Source of the DNA: Candidatus Staskawiczbacteria bacterium
GTDB lineage: Bacteria; Patescibacteriota; Minisyncoccia; Minisyncoccales; Staskawiczbacteraceae
Direction: 5' to 3'
DNA: 64,000 nucleotides
Assembly: GCA_903835075.1 (NCBI GenBank)
Contig: CAILLM010000002.1
Span: forward strand, 16,920 to 80,919
Shown one piece after another: positions 29,581 through 40,352 of this stretch. The position numbers were made by a program, and so were the translations under genes. A model generated the notes under the pieces. It was given only the letters and a program-made list of their open reading frames with translations, was not told where the DNA came from and did not search any database. Within the stretch, counting starts at the first letter, position 1; every line of letters starts with the position of its first letter.

Positions 29581-29752
29581 TGTTTCGTTTTCTGGCTTTT
29601 GTAAAGCCGGCATAGGTGTTGAGACTATATTCTCGAATACCTTCGGTAATCAACCCGACGTGTGGCATGCCACAAAATATGGAGGAACGCGATAAGTTCC
29701 TCCCACCCAACTGAGTTTGTCAGCCTAAGGCTGGTAAATTGACAGGGTTAAA

Positions 29753-29782
29753 AACATCCCAATGTACGTAGGGATGTTTTTT
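29753..29782 (+). terminator. Rho-independent terminator
   Basis: acatccc...gggatgt hairpin followed by T6. Confidence 0.7.
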
Positions 29783-29800
29783 TGATAGAATATATTTATT

Positions 29801-30151
29801 ATGCAAATTACAGGTAGGCGTTTTACAATTAAAAAAAGAGAGCAGGCAAGAAGACTAGTGGAAAATAGGCTCAGCTTTTTTAATAAAATTTATAATTTTG
29901 AAATAAATAGAATAGCAATAAAAAACACTAGCACAAGGTGGGGAAGCTGCTCATCAAAAGGAAACTTAAATTTCAATTATAAAATATTGTATATAAGGCC
30001 GGCTTTGGCCGATTATTTAATTGTTCACGAGTTGTGCCATTTAGGGGAACTCAATCACTCAAAAAGATTTTGGGCACTTGTATCAAAAACTATTCCAGAC
30101 TATATTGAAGTAAACAAAGAACTTAGACGCACAAATATAAAATTAGTATGA
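29801..30151 (+). CDS. YgjP/DUF45 (SprT-like) metal-dependent hydrolase, short form
   Basis: WGSCSS and HELCHLGELNHSKRFW motifs. Confidence 0.75.
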   Translation: MQITGRRFTIKKREQARRLVENRLSFFNKIYNFEINRIAIKNTSTRWGSCSSKGNLNFNYKILYIRPALADYLIVHELCHLGELNHSKRFWALVSKTIPDYIEVNKELRRTNIKLV

Positions 30152-30690
30152 CATTATTAGATTTTGTTAACATATTTTTAGCGGTTGGTGTAGTTTTATC
30201 GCAATTTTTTATCCTGCTGGCGATAGTCTATATTTTTCTACCGTTTAATAAAAATATTGTTTCTCGTTTTTTTTCTAAAAATGGAATAAGTTTGGCATTC
30301 ATTGTCTCTGTGCTGGCAACTACCGTAAGCTTATTTTATTCTAATTATGCTGGATTTGAGCCATGCGTTCTTTGTTGGTATCAGAGGATTTTTATGTATC
30401 CACAGGTTATAATTTTAGGAATAGCACTCTTAAAAAATAATATAGAAGAAGAAAGAAAAATAATTGATTATAGTTTAGCACTTTCTATTTTAGGAGGGGT
30501 AATTTCTATTTACCATAACTATATTTATTTTATGGGGGTGCATGCAAAGGTTTGTTCGGCAACAGAGTCATGCATAACGCCATATATAACAGAATTTGGG
30601 TATATAACGATTCCTGTTATGGCGCTAACGGGGTTTGCCTTAATGAGCTTACTATTAATAATAAAAAAAATATATGATAAGAAATTTTAG
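30148..30690 (+). CDS. DsbB/BdbC-family disulfide bond formation protein
   Basis: CVLCWYQRIFMYP motif, 4 TM segments. Confidence 0.8.
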   Translation: MTLLDFVNIFLAVGVVLSQFFILLAIVYIFLPFNKNIVSRFFSKNGISLAFIVSVLATTVSLFYSNYAGFEPCVLCWYQRIFMYPQVIILGIALLKNNIEEERKIIDYSLALSILGGVISIYHNYIYFMGVHAKVCSATESCITPYITEFGYITIPVMALTGFALMSLLLIIKKIYDKKF

Positions 30691-31291
30691 TGAATTGGCC
30701 ACAGATGAGTCAATAAAAGTAGCAAGGGAGGCGTTAGAAAAAAACGGTATTACGGTTGTGGTTGTAGAGAACGGGCAACAAGCAAAAGCAAAAGTTTTAG
30801 AAATGGTCCCAGCTGGAGCAGAAATTATGAATATGTCTTCGGTGACAGTTGATTTAATAGGATTGGCGGAAGAATTAAATAAATCGGGCAAGTTTAATTC
30901 GGTAAGGAATAAATTAACAGAAATGTCTGATAAAAAAGACACAACATTTGATGGAAAAAAATTGGGCGCAGCGCCAGATTGGACCGTGGGAAGTGTGCAT
31001 GCGGTAACCGAAGACGGAAAAGCTATCATAGCATCGGCAAGTGGTAGCCAGTTGCCTTCTTATGCCTATGGCTCAAATCATGTTTTGTGGATTGTGGGTT
31101 CGCAAAAAATTGTTAAAGATTTTGATCAAGGCATGGAAAGAATTAATGAATATGTTTTTCCGCTGGAAAATGAAAGGGCCATGAAAGCTTACGGCATGGC
31201 AAGTAGTATAAATAAAGTTTTGCTAATTAATAAAGAGAGCACGGCAGGTAGAATTACAATGATAATTGTGAAAGAAAAATTAGGATTTTAA
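30674..31291 (+). CDS. LUD (DUF162) domain protein
   Basis: 205 aa. General similarity to the lactate-utilisation LutC-like fold, judged by recollection of the family pattern. Confidence 0.5.
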   Translation: MIRNFSELATDESIKVAREALEKNGITVVVVENGQQAKAKVLEMVPAGAEIMNMSSVTVDLIGLAEELNKSGKFNSVRNKLTEMSDKKDTTFDGKKLGAAPDWTVGSVHAVTEDGKAIIASASGSQLPSYAYGSNHVLWIVGSQKIVKDFDQGMERINEYVFPLENERAMKAYGMASSINKVLLINKESTAGRITMIIVKEKLGF

Positions 31292-31512
31292 GTGAGCAAC
31301 TCTTTTTTGCGATGTATCCGTAATGATAATGTCGCCAGGCTAGTATCTTGGAGACACAACTAGTTTTTTAGGGTCTCTTACGACCATATTACGCAAGAAA
31401 CAAAACGCCCTTTTGGGGCGTTTTGTTTTATGCTGAAAATTGGGCATCTTGCACGATTATAAAAAATAATATACAATAGAGTTGATTTACCCGCCAAAAT
31501 TTTTAGGTATGT

Positions 31513-31767
31513 ATGTATTACGTTTATATTTTGCAAAGCAAAAAGGATAATGATCTATATACGGGGTGTACAAATGATTTAAAAAAGAGGTTTTTATTGC
31601 ACAATAGTGGAAAAATTTTTTCTACCAAAGACAGAAAACCATTTAAAATAATATATTATGAAGCTTTTTTAAATCAAAGAGATGCCTTTGCGAGAGAGCA
31701 ATGGTTAAAAACTGGCTGGGGTCGTAATCATATTAATAAAATATTAAGTAATTACCTAAAAATTTAG
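31513..31767 (+). CDS. GIY-YIG nuclease-domain protein (short, UPF0213-like)
   Basis: YYVYILQS...LYTGCTNDLKKRFLLHN. 84 aa. Confidence 0.8.
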   Translation: MYYVYILQSKKDNDLYTGCTNDLKKRFLLHNSGKIFSTKDRKPFKIIYYEAFLNQRDAFAREQWLKTGWGRNHINKILSNYLKI

Positions 31768-31775
31768 GCGGGTTA

Positions 31776-32522
31776 ATGGAGATATCATTAAAAGCTGAAG
31801 ACATATTCAGTATAGGAAATTTTAATATTACAAATGGGTTGTTGCTGGCTGCAGTGGTGTCTTTAATTTTAATAATTTTTGCAGTTATTTTTAGAAGCAA
31901 AATTAAAATGGTTCCTGGAAAAGTGCAAGCAGTTGTAGAAATGGGATTAGAGGGACTTTTAGGATTAATGGAATCAGTACTAGGTACAAGAGCTGCAGCA
32001 GAAAAATATTTGCCGTTAATAGCGACAATTTTTATTTTTGTGTTAACATCTAATTGGCTGGGGTTATTGCCTGGAGTTGGGTCATTTCATATAAAAGTAG
32101 GCGAGGATGTGGTGCCTTTATTTCGTTCGCCAGCAGCAGATTTAAATTTTACTTTAGCTTTGGCGATAATAGCAGTTTTTACAACTAATTTTTTTGGGAT
32201 TGTTGTTTTGGGAACATTTACACATATTAAAAAGTTTATAAACTTTTCTAGCCCAATTAATTTTTTTGTTGGAATATTGGAATTTTTATCAGAAATATCT
32301 AGAGTAATATCGTTTTCTTTTAGGTTATTTGGAAATATTTTCGCTGGAGAAGTTTTATTAACAATAATATTTTTCCTATTACCATATATAGTGCCTATTC
32401 CTTTTATGTTTATGGAGATATTTTTTGGAGCAATTCAGGCTTTAATTTTTGCAATGCTAACATTGGTATTTTTATCTGCCAGCATTGCTTCACATGGAGA
32501 GGAACACGCCACAGAGCATTAA
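31776..32522 (+). CDS. atpB: F0F1 ATP synthase subunit a
   Basis: LSFRLFGNIFAGE motif. Operon context. Confidence 0.92.
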   Translation: MEISLKAEDIFSIGNFNITNGLLLAAVVSLILIIFAVIFRSKIKMVPGKVQAVVEMGLEGLLGLMESVLGTRAAAEKYLPLIATIFIFVLTSNWLGLLPGVGSFHIKVGEDVVPLFRSPAADLNFTLALAIIAVFTTNFFGIVVLGTFTHIKKFINFSSPINFFVGILEFLSEISRVISFSFRLFGNIFAGEVLLTIIFFLLPYIVPIPFMFMEIFFGAIQALIFAMLTLVFLSASIASHGEEHATEH

Positions 32523-32589
32523 AAAGTAATTTATTAAAAAATTAAATAATATAAATAAAAAGAAATCTTAAACAAGTTAAAAATCCTAA

Positions 32590-32871
<282 letters not shown>

Positions 32872-32895
32872 TAAGTAGTAAGGTAACAATAATTT

Positions 32896-33402
32896 ATGAA
32901 TGCATTTATAGAGCAATTTGGAATAGACTGGAAACTTTTTTTGAGCCAACTGGTTAACTTTGTGTTAATTTTGATTGTCTTGAAGTTTTTTGTTTACAAC
33001 CCAGTGTTAAAAACGCTTAAGGAAAGAAACAAAAAAATTAAAGAAGGTTTAGATAAAGCAGAAGAAGCAGGTGTAAGACTAAAAGAAGTTGATGCAATTG
33101 GAAAAGCAAAAATTAAAGAGGCAGAAACAGCTTCTATCAAAATAATAAAAGCCACCGAGGATAAGGCAAAACTTTTAGATCAGGAATTGCAAAAAAAGTC
33201 TGAAGAAAAGCAAATTAAATTGCAAAAAGAATTGCAAGATAATTACAAAAAACAGCAGGAGCAAGCAAATGATTTAGTAATGAAAAATGCAGTAGAACTG
33301 GTCAAAAAAACAATTGTGAAGACAGTTGAATTAAAGCCAGAAGCAATTGACGAGGCATTAATTAAAAAAGCAGTAGCAGGAGTAAAAGATGAAGCAGAAT
33401 AA
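32896..33402 (+). CDS. atpF: F0F1 ATP synthase subunit b
   Basis: N-terminal TM segment followed by a long charged coiled coil. Operon position. Confidence 0.85.
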   Translation: MNAFIEQFGIDWKLFLSQLVNFVLILIVLKFFVYNPVLKTLKERNKKIKEGLDKAEEAGVRLKEVDAIGKAKIKEAETASIKIIKATEDKAKLLDQELQKKSEEKQIKLQKELQDNYKKQQEQANDLVMKNAVELVKKTIVKTVELKPEAIDEALIKKAVAGVKDEAE

Positions 33403-33778
33403 AACAAAATTATATGCCAGGGCGTTAGCAGAAATTCTTTCTAAAAAGGGAGGAGTTTCGGCTACGGAAGAAAAGAGAGTGGTAAGTAATTTTGTTAAAC
33501 TTATAATTGCCGCTGGATTAGAAAAAAAATTAAAAGAAATTTTGAGTTTGGCGGAAGATTTTATTTTGGCAAATCAAGGAAAAAGAAGAATAACTTTTGA
33601 AACAGCCAGAACAACAACCGCCAGCCAGAAAAAAATATTAGATGGTATTGTAAATAAAGGAGACATTGTAAAAGAAAAAATTAGCCCAGAATTAATAGCG
33701 GGCATAAAAATAATAATTAACGATTCAAAGCAATTAGATTTGTCATTATTAGCAAAATTGCAAGAGGTATTTACATAA
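33389..33778 (+). CDS. atpH: F0F1 ATP synthase subunit delta (short, 129 aa)
   Basis: Operon position. OSCP-like C-terminus LIAGIKIIINDSKQLDLSL. Confidence 0.7.
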   Translation: MKQNKTKLYARALAEILSKKGGVSATEEKRVVSNFVKLIIAAGLEKKLKEILSLAEDFILANQGKRRITFETARTTTASQKKILDGIVNKGDIVKEKISPELIAGIKIIINDSKQLDLSLLAKLQEVFT

Positions 33779-33781
33779 AGG

Positions 33782-33866
33782 CGATACCAATCTACGAATA
33801 AACATACCAATAATACGAATATAAAAATTAGTATAATTAGTATGAGATTAGTATATTAGTATCGCG
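33782..33866. repeat. ~90-bp AT-rich repeat, copy 1 (upstream of atpA)
   Basis: gcgataccaatctacgaataaacataccaataatacgaata...attagtatcgc. A second copy lies at 35941-36031. Confidence 0.85.
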
Positions 33867-33877
33867 TTAAGGAACTT

Positions 33878-35404
33878 ATGAGCCAAGAAACTTTAGAAAA
33901 AATTAAGCAAGCCATTGAAGGTTACAAAGAAAGCACCGAGTGGGAAGAAATTGGAAAGGTGTCGGAAGTTGGTGATGGTATTGCCAAGGTAACTGGTTTA
34001 ACAAATGCACAATCACAAGAGGTGCTTGTCATAGAAGCCGGTGACCAAAAAATTAAGGCAGTTGCTTTGAACCTAGAAGAAGACTCTGTGGGGGTTTTAA
34101 TTTTGGGTGATGGATCTTTAATAAAATCTGGTCAAACAGTTAAAAGAACTAAACAAATTCTTTCAATGCCAGTTGGGGAAAGTTTGCTAGGAAGAGTTAT
34201 TGACCCATTGGGAAACCCCATAGATGGCAAAGGACCAATATTCTCTGAGAAGGACAAACCTGTTTTAAGCTTTTTGGAAAATGATGCGCCAAACGTTATT
34301 GGCAGAGAAAAAGTTAGTACTCCAATGCACACAGGAATTAAAGCAATTGACTCAATGATTCCAATTGGACGTGGTCAAAGAGAATTAATTATTGGAGACA
34401 GGGGAACCGGAAAAACTGCTGTTGCTTTGGACGTTATAATTAACCAAATTCAAGACAACCCCGAAAATCCACCAATTTGTATTTATGTTGCCATTGGACA
34501 AAAAGAATCTAAGGTTGCCAAAATTGTTGAAACACTAAAACAACACGGAGCAATGCCTTATACAGTTGTTGTTTCAGCAAGTGCCTCTAGCCCTGCAGCA
34601 TTTTGGTATTTGGCACCGTTTGCAGGTTGCGCAATTGGAGAATATTTTCGCGATAATAAAAAAGATGCACTTATTGTTTATGATGATTTGTCTAAGCACG
34701 CATGGTCTTACAGACAAATTTCTTTACTTTTAAGGAGACCACCAGGACGTGAAGCCTATCCTGGAGACGTATTTTATTTACACTCAAGATTATTAGAAAG
34801 AGCAGCCAGACTTTCAAAAGAAAAAGGAGGTGGGAGTTTAACTGCTTTGCCAATTATTGAAACTCAACTTGGCGATGTTACAGCTTACATTCCAACAAAC
34901 GTTATTTCAATTACTGACGGACAAATTTATTTGGAATCAGATTTGTTTTATCAGGGTACAAGACCAGCTGTTAACATTGGTTTGTCGGTTTCCCGCGTTG
35001 GAGGAGATGCTCAAACAAAAGCAATGAAAAAAGTTGCCGGAAAGTTAAGGCTTGAGTTGGCTCAATTTAGAGAATTGCAAACTTTCGTTCAATTTGCCAG
35101 TGACGTTGATGAAGCCACAAAAAAGAGAATTAACAAAGGAAAGATTGTTACCGAAATTTTAAAGCAAAGTGACTTGGCTCCAATGGCTTTTGAAAAACAA
35201 GTTTTGGTTTTGTACGCCGCTTTAAATGATTATTTTGAAAAGTTTGAGCCAAAACAAATGAAAGAAATTGAGGTAAAATATATTGAATATTTTGAAAATT
35301 TACACAAAGACATTGTTGACGAAATAAGAACAGAAAAGAAAATTAGCGACGAGTTAGAAGAAAAGATAAAGCAAGCTATTGGCAAGTTCGTTGAAGCAAA
35401 TTAA
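33878..35404 (+). CDS. atpA: F0F1 ATP synthase subunit alpha
   Basis: GDRGTGKT Walker A. 508 aa. Confidence 0.96.
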   Translation: MSQETLEKIKQAIEGYKESTEWEEIGKVSEVGDGIAKVTGLTNAQSQEVLVIEAGDQKIKAVALNLEEDSVGVLILGDGSLIKSGQTVKRTKQILSMPVGESLLGRVIDPLGNPIDGKGPIFSEKDKPVLSFLENDAPNVIGREKVSTPMHTGIKAIDSMIPIGRGQRELIIGDRGTGKTAVALDVIINQIQDNPENPPICIYVAIGQKESKVAKIVETLKQHGAMPYTVVVSASASSPAAFWYLAPFAGCAIGEYFRDNKKDALIVYDDLSKHAWSYRQISLLLRRPPGREAYPGDVFYLHSRLLERAARLSKEKGGGSLTALPIIETQLGDVTAYIPTNVISITDGQIYLESDLFYQGTRPAVNIGLSVSRVGGDAQTKAMKKVAGKLRLELAQFRELQTFVQFASDVDEATKKRINKGKIVTEILKQSDLAPMAFEKQVLVLYAALNDYFEKFEPKQMKEIEVKYIEYFENLHKDIVDEIRTEKKISDELEEKIKQAIGKFVEAN

Positions 35405-35458
35405 AAATTTGCAAAAAAAATCCCTGTAGTAGTACAGGGCATGCGAGCAGTCATCTGT

Positions 35459-35656
35459 TCAACTGTCAATTTTGTAAGCCACTATTATGGTTGAAAAACC
35501 AGCTAACATGGAAGCAAGGCTCGCCACGACTGGTGTCCAAAAACCAATTTCTGGCCAAAACTTAATTGGTGGATGAATTATAACTGCGAAGATCAGCAAT
35601 AGAACGCCGGAAAGCCATAATAGCACAACGCCCAAATCGATTGTCCAGTGTCTCAT
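35459..35656 (-). CDS. Small two-TM membrane protein (65 aa)
   Basis: Antisense to the atp operon. ATGA overlap with the upstream 65-aa ORF. Higher G+C. Confidence 0.5.
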   Translation of the reverse strand: MRHWTIDLGVVLLWLSGVLLLIFAVIIHPPIKFWPEIGFWTPVVASLASMLAGFSTIIVAYKIDS

Positions 35657-35850
35657 GACTTTGTCCTTCTAGTAATTTCTAATGCCCAAAGGAAGGAATA
35701 TCCCAAAGAAAATCCGACTGAGTCTATTACCATTGATTCAGTGTTGAATGGCATTTTGAATAACAGTCGAATTATTACCAGGATTAAGAAGCCCAAAATA
35801 GCTAGTGGCAGGGTTAAATTTAACAGCCACCATTTCAAAAAAGTTTTCAT
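35653..35850 (-). CDS. Small two-TM membrane protein (65 aa)
   Basis: First gene of the antisense pair, with its own promoter at 35901-35929. Confidence 0.5.
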   Translation of the reverse strand: MKTFLKWWLLNLTLPLAILGFLILVIIRLLFKMPFNTESMVIDSVGFSLGYSFLWALEITRRTKS

Positions 35851-35900
35851 AGCGTTTCAGGAGGTTTGATTAACAAGGAGCTACGAGCTCTCGTATAAAA

Positions 35901-35929
35901 ATATTATAACTATTATAAAAAATTGTCAA
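35901..35929 (-). promoter_or_regulatory. Sigma-70 promoter for the antisense small-protein pair
   Basis: On the - strand: TTGACA, 17 nt spacer, TAATAT. Confidence 0.6.
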
Positions 35930-35940
35930 GAATAATAACA

Positions 35941-36031
35941 GCGATACCAATCTACGAATATACATACCAATTATACGAATACGGAAATTATTAGTATCAT
36001 TGGTATGCGATTAGTATATAATTAGTATCGC
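35941..36031. repeat. ~90-bp AT-rich repeat, copy 2 (upstream of atpG)
   Basis: Aligns with 33782-33866 over its full length, with a few substitutions and small indels. Confidence 0.85.
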
Positions 36032-36045
36032 TTTCAGCGAAGCAC

Positions 36046-37020
36046 ATGGAATCACCACAGAACATAAAGAAAAGACTGAGGTCAGTCAATAATATAAACA
36101 AAATTACTAAGGCCATGGAAATGGTTGCGGCTACTAAAATGCGTAAATCGCAGGAAATAGCCCTAGCCAGCAGGCCTTATGCTTTTGCGGCACTTGATTT
36201 TTTGGCAACAGTTTCCAACTTAGATTCGGCAAAATTGCCAGAATTGTTTCACGATAGGACAAAAAATCCTTCGACAAGCTCAGGACCGCGGGTTTTATTT
36301 GTTTTGGTGTCTTCTGACAAGGGCTTGGCGGGAGCATTTAACAGTTCGGTTTTTAGAAAATTCGCCGCCCATTTTGAAAAATGGGCGAGCCTCGCCCCAA
36401 AGGGGCGGGAGGAGCAATTGTTTGTCGCGATTGGTGAAAAAGCAAATCAGTATTTATCAAAAAAGGGTTACAACGTTGTAAAAAAATTTACAGCAGTTGG
36501 CGACCATACCACAGTAGAGCAAGTTAAGCCAATCGCTGATTTTATTGTTGAAGGTTTTTTGGCGGAAAGCTGGGACAGGGTAGTTGTTGTTTCAACACAT
36601 TTTAGAAGTGCATTAAAACAAGAACCGCACGTACGCACAATCTTGCCTATTGATTTTGATCATATTGCAGAAACAATAAAAGAAATTATTCCCGAGCGCG
36701 GAAAATTTGCTGATTTGATAAAAGAACAAAACATAAGTTTTATACCAAGCAAAACCGATTCAAGGGATTATTTAATAGAACCGTCGGCAGAAGAAGTTTT
36801 AAATAATTTGGCAAAGCATTTATTTTTTATGCAAATGTACCATATAATTTTAGAAGCAAACGCATCCGAACATTCCGCCCGCAGAATGGCCATGAAAACA
36901 GCTTCTGACAACGCAAAAGATTTAGGAGACAGATTAAATTTACAATATAATAAATCAAGACAGTCGAGAATAACTACAGAAATTAGTGAAATCTCGGCGG
37001 GTGCTGAGGCATTAAGTTAA
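36046..37020 (+). CDS. atpG: F0F1 ATP synthase subunit gamma
   Basis: ITKAMEMVAATKMRK N-terminus and ITTEISEISAGAEAL C-terminus. In-frame GC-rich elements at 36267-36291 and 36384-36410. Confidence 0.93.
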   Translation: MESPQNIKKRLRSVNNINKITKAMEMVAATKMRKSQEIALASRPYAFAALDFLATVSNLDSAKLPELFHDRTKNPSTSSGPRVLFVLVSSDKGLAGAFNSSVFRKFAAHFEKWASLAPKGREEQLFVAIGEKANQYLSKKGYNVVKKFTAVGDHTTVEQVKPIADFIVEGFLAESWDRVVVVSTHFRSALKQEPHVRTILPIDFDHIAETIKEIIPERGKFADLIKEQNISFIPSKTDSRDYLIEPSAEEVLNNLAKHLFFMQMYHIILEANASEHSARRMAMKTASDNAKDLGDRLNLQYNKSRQSRITTEISEISAGAEALS

Positions 37021-37031
37021 AAAGTAAATAA

Positions 37032-38410
<1,379 letters not shown>

Positions 38411-38411
<1 letters not shown>

Positions 38412-38653
38412 TGAAATTATCAATTTACTCATTAAAAAATATTTTATTTCAGGGCGAGGCCTCGCTTTTAAATTGCCAAACAATGGCTGGGGAAATTACT
38501 GTTTTAGATAGACACGAGGCCTTAATTAGCGTTTTAACAGCTGGCATAATTAGAATTGTTGATAAAGACAAGAAGGAACAATTTTTTCCCATAACATCGG
38601 GATTTTTGGAAGTTAAACCCGATAGCGATGTGAGGTGTATTGTTGAACAATAG
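38411..38653 (+). CDS. atpC: F0F1 ATP synthase subunit epsilon (80 aa, beta-sandwich domain only)
   Basis: Operon position with ATGA-type coupling to atpD. No C-terminal helical hairpin. Confidence 0.8.
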
Positions 38654-38660
38654 AATTTTA

Positions 38661-38696
38661 AAAGCCGTGCTGAGCTCGTCGAAGTACGGCTTTTTG
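38661..38696 (+). terminator. atp operon terminator built from a CTGAGC...CGAAG repeat unit
   Basis: gccgt-gctgagctcgtcgaag-tacggc hairpin followed by T5. Confidence 0.65.
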
Positions 38697-38824
38697 CTTG
38701 TCCTGAGCCTGCCGAATGGGTTGCAAAAAAAATAAAATGTGGTAAATTATATTTATCCGCTCAAGCGAATTGAATCGGACAGCATTTTTACAACAGAATA
38801 ATGGAAAAACCGGAGGAGAAATAA

Positions 38825-39091
38825 ATGACACAAGGATTTATTGATTACGTGGTGGGTCGCGTGCGAGTTGATTTTGAAAAATCTGCTAATGGGGATGATT
38901 TTTTGCATATGCTCAAATTTGATGTAGGCATAGTACGAGTATGTATCGCTAGGTTTATTAATGTGTGGGCAGTTGATTATATGAATATTTCAGGGGAAGT
39001 GGCTCGTTATAATTTCATCGAAGATTCGGCAATTTTGTTGTCGGCCGTACAAGCCAATTTTTCCGAGGAATTGGCTAAAATCAATGAATAA
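38825..39091 (+). CDS. Small hypothetical protein, member 1 of a tandem trio
   Basis: 88 aa with aggagaaataaATG RBS. Higher G+C. Confidence 0.55.
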   Translation: MTQGFIDYVVGRVRVDFEKSANGDDFLHMLKFDVGIVRVCIARFINVWAVDYMNISGEVARYNFIEDSAILLSAVQANFSEELAKINE

Positions 39092-39108
39092 CGAAAGGAA
39101 AATAAGAA

Positions 39109-39453
39109 ATGAAAATAAAAACATGGTTAGGAGTTTTGATTTTTTGGAGAGGCAAACAGCCTAAGCCGTCACTGAATGAAAAGTTCATAGAATGGATGAT
39201 TGCCAGAATAGAAGAGGCCTCGCTGGTGATAAGGACAGAAGTTTTGAGAATGGTAAAATATCACCCAATTTTGTCTGGCAATATACTCTCTGGCAACCTG
39301 CTTAGATGGCGAACGCAATTTTTAGAAGACGCCCGCATAGAAGACGTGGCAATTTTTAATGATCCTCATGATGCCAGGGAGTTGGTGAAGGCTATCAAAG
39401 CTCGCTTCTCTAAAGAAATATCAGCCATTGATATGGTTGTTCCTGCAACATGA
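39109..39453 (+). CDS. Small hypothetical protein, member 2 of a tandem trio
   Basis: 114 aa with aaaggaaaataagaaATG RBS. Confidence 0.55.
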   Translation: MKIKTWLGVLIFWRGKQPKPSLNEKFIEWMIARIEEASLVIRTEVLRMVKYHPILSGNILSGNLLRWRTQFLEDARIEDVAIFNDPHDARELVKAIKARFSKEISAIDMVVPAT

Positions 39454-39695
39454 ATGCAGATTTTAAAAATTGGCTTTTAGATAATTTAGGGCCTTCGGTT
39501 CTTGATGGTTTTAGAAATAATCCCAAAGGTACGCGAGCATTTATAACTGGTCATCTGAGAAATTGGATGTATCAGTGGGCTTTGCAAACCAAACCCAAGG
39601 TTGAAATTGTTCCTGATTTCAATAAACATCCCGAAGAGTTAGAGAGATTTTTTCAAAAGCACCTGGAGGGAGAGTTGGTTAAAGCTTCTGAATAA
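39450..39695 (+). CDS. Small hypothetical protein, member 3 of a tandem trio
   Basis: 81 aa. ATGA overlap with member 2. Terminator at 39714-39739. Confidence 0.55.
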   Translation: MNADFKNWLLDNLGPSVLDGFRNNPKGTRAFITGHLRNWMYQWALQTKPKVEIVPDFNKHPEELERFFQKHLEGELVKASE

Positions 39696-39713
39696 TGAAG
39701 CTCCAACCTCACA

Positions 39714-39739
39714 AAGCAACTACGGTTGCTTCTTTTTTT
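39714..39739 (+). terminator. Rho-independent terminator
   Basis: aagcaac-tacg-gttgctt hairpin followed by a T-run. Confidence 0.7.
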
Positions 39740-39760
39740 ACATAATATTATAATAGAATA

Positions 39761-40303
39761 ATGACTTGGGAAATTTTATACAACGCATTGGGAATAAAAG
39801 ACTTTATTTATTTTATTTCTTCTTCGCAAATACAAGACATGCTTTTTCCGGTAAAGCTGGTGTTTGTTTTGTGCTCAGCTTTATTTTTAATATTAGTAGT
39901 ATATTTTATGCTGAATTCTTCGTGGCTTCAGTATAAATTTTTAGAAGATGTGACAGAGTTTTTTTCATGGCAGGCTTTTGGTCAAAGAGAAATGTCTAAG
40001 CAGTGGTCAAAAATTAAAAAAAGAACTGATTCTGGGGCAGAATCAGATTATAAGTTGGCAATAATTGATGCAGACGATTTTCTATTAGAAGTTTTAGATA
40101 ACAGGGGTTATGATGGTGATAGTTTTGAATCAGGTATCAAAGATGCGGGCAGATTAATAGCTCCAATTTTAGATGATTTATTGCATGCGCATGACGTAAG
40201 AAATTCTATAGTATATAATCCGGATTATAAATTATCAGTTGTTGATGCTAAAAAAATATTAGAAACCTATGAAGCTGCTGCCAATGGAATAGGGCTAGGC
40301 TAA
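39761..40303 (+). CDS. Hypothetical membrane protein
   Basis: 180-aa ORF with one clear TM segment and a terminator at 40315-40343. Confidence 0.55.
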   Translation: MTWEILYNALGIKDFIYFISSSQIQDMLFPVKLVFVLCSALFLILVVYFMLNSSWLQYKFLEDVTEFFSWQAFGQREMSKQWSKIKKRTDSGAESDYKLAIIDADDFLLEVLDNRGYDGDSFESGIKDAGRLIAPILDDLLHAHDVRNSIVYNPDYKLSVVDAKKILETYEAAANGIGLG

Positions 40304-40352
40304 AAATAAACAAAAAATCTCGCCTTTAAAAGCGAGTTTTTTTATGTTATAT

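Noticed and set aside
33782-36031. Whether the repeated ~90-bp elements, or any other repeats, form a CRISPR array
   Set aside because: There are only two copies, ~2 kb apart, separated by genes, with no regular repeat-spacer periodicity and no cas genes. No CRISPR-like array was seen anywhere in the window.
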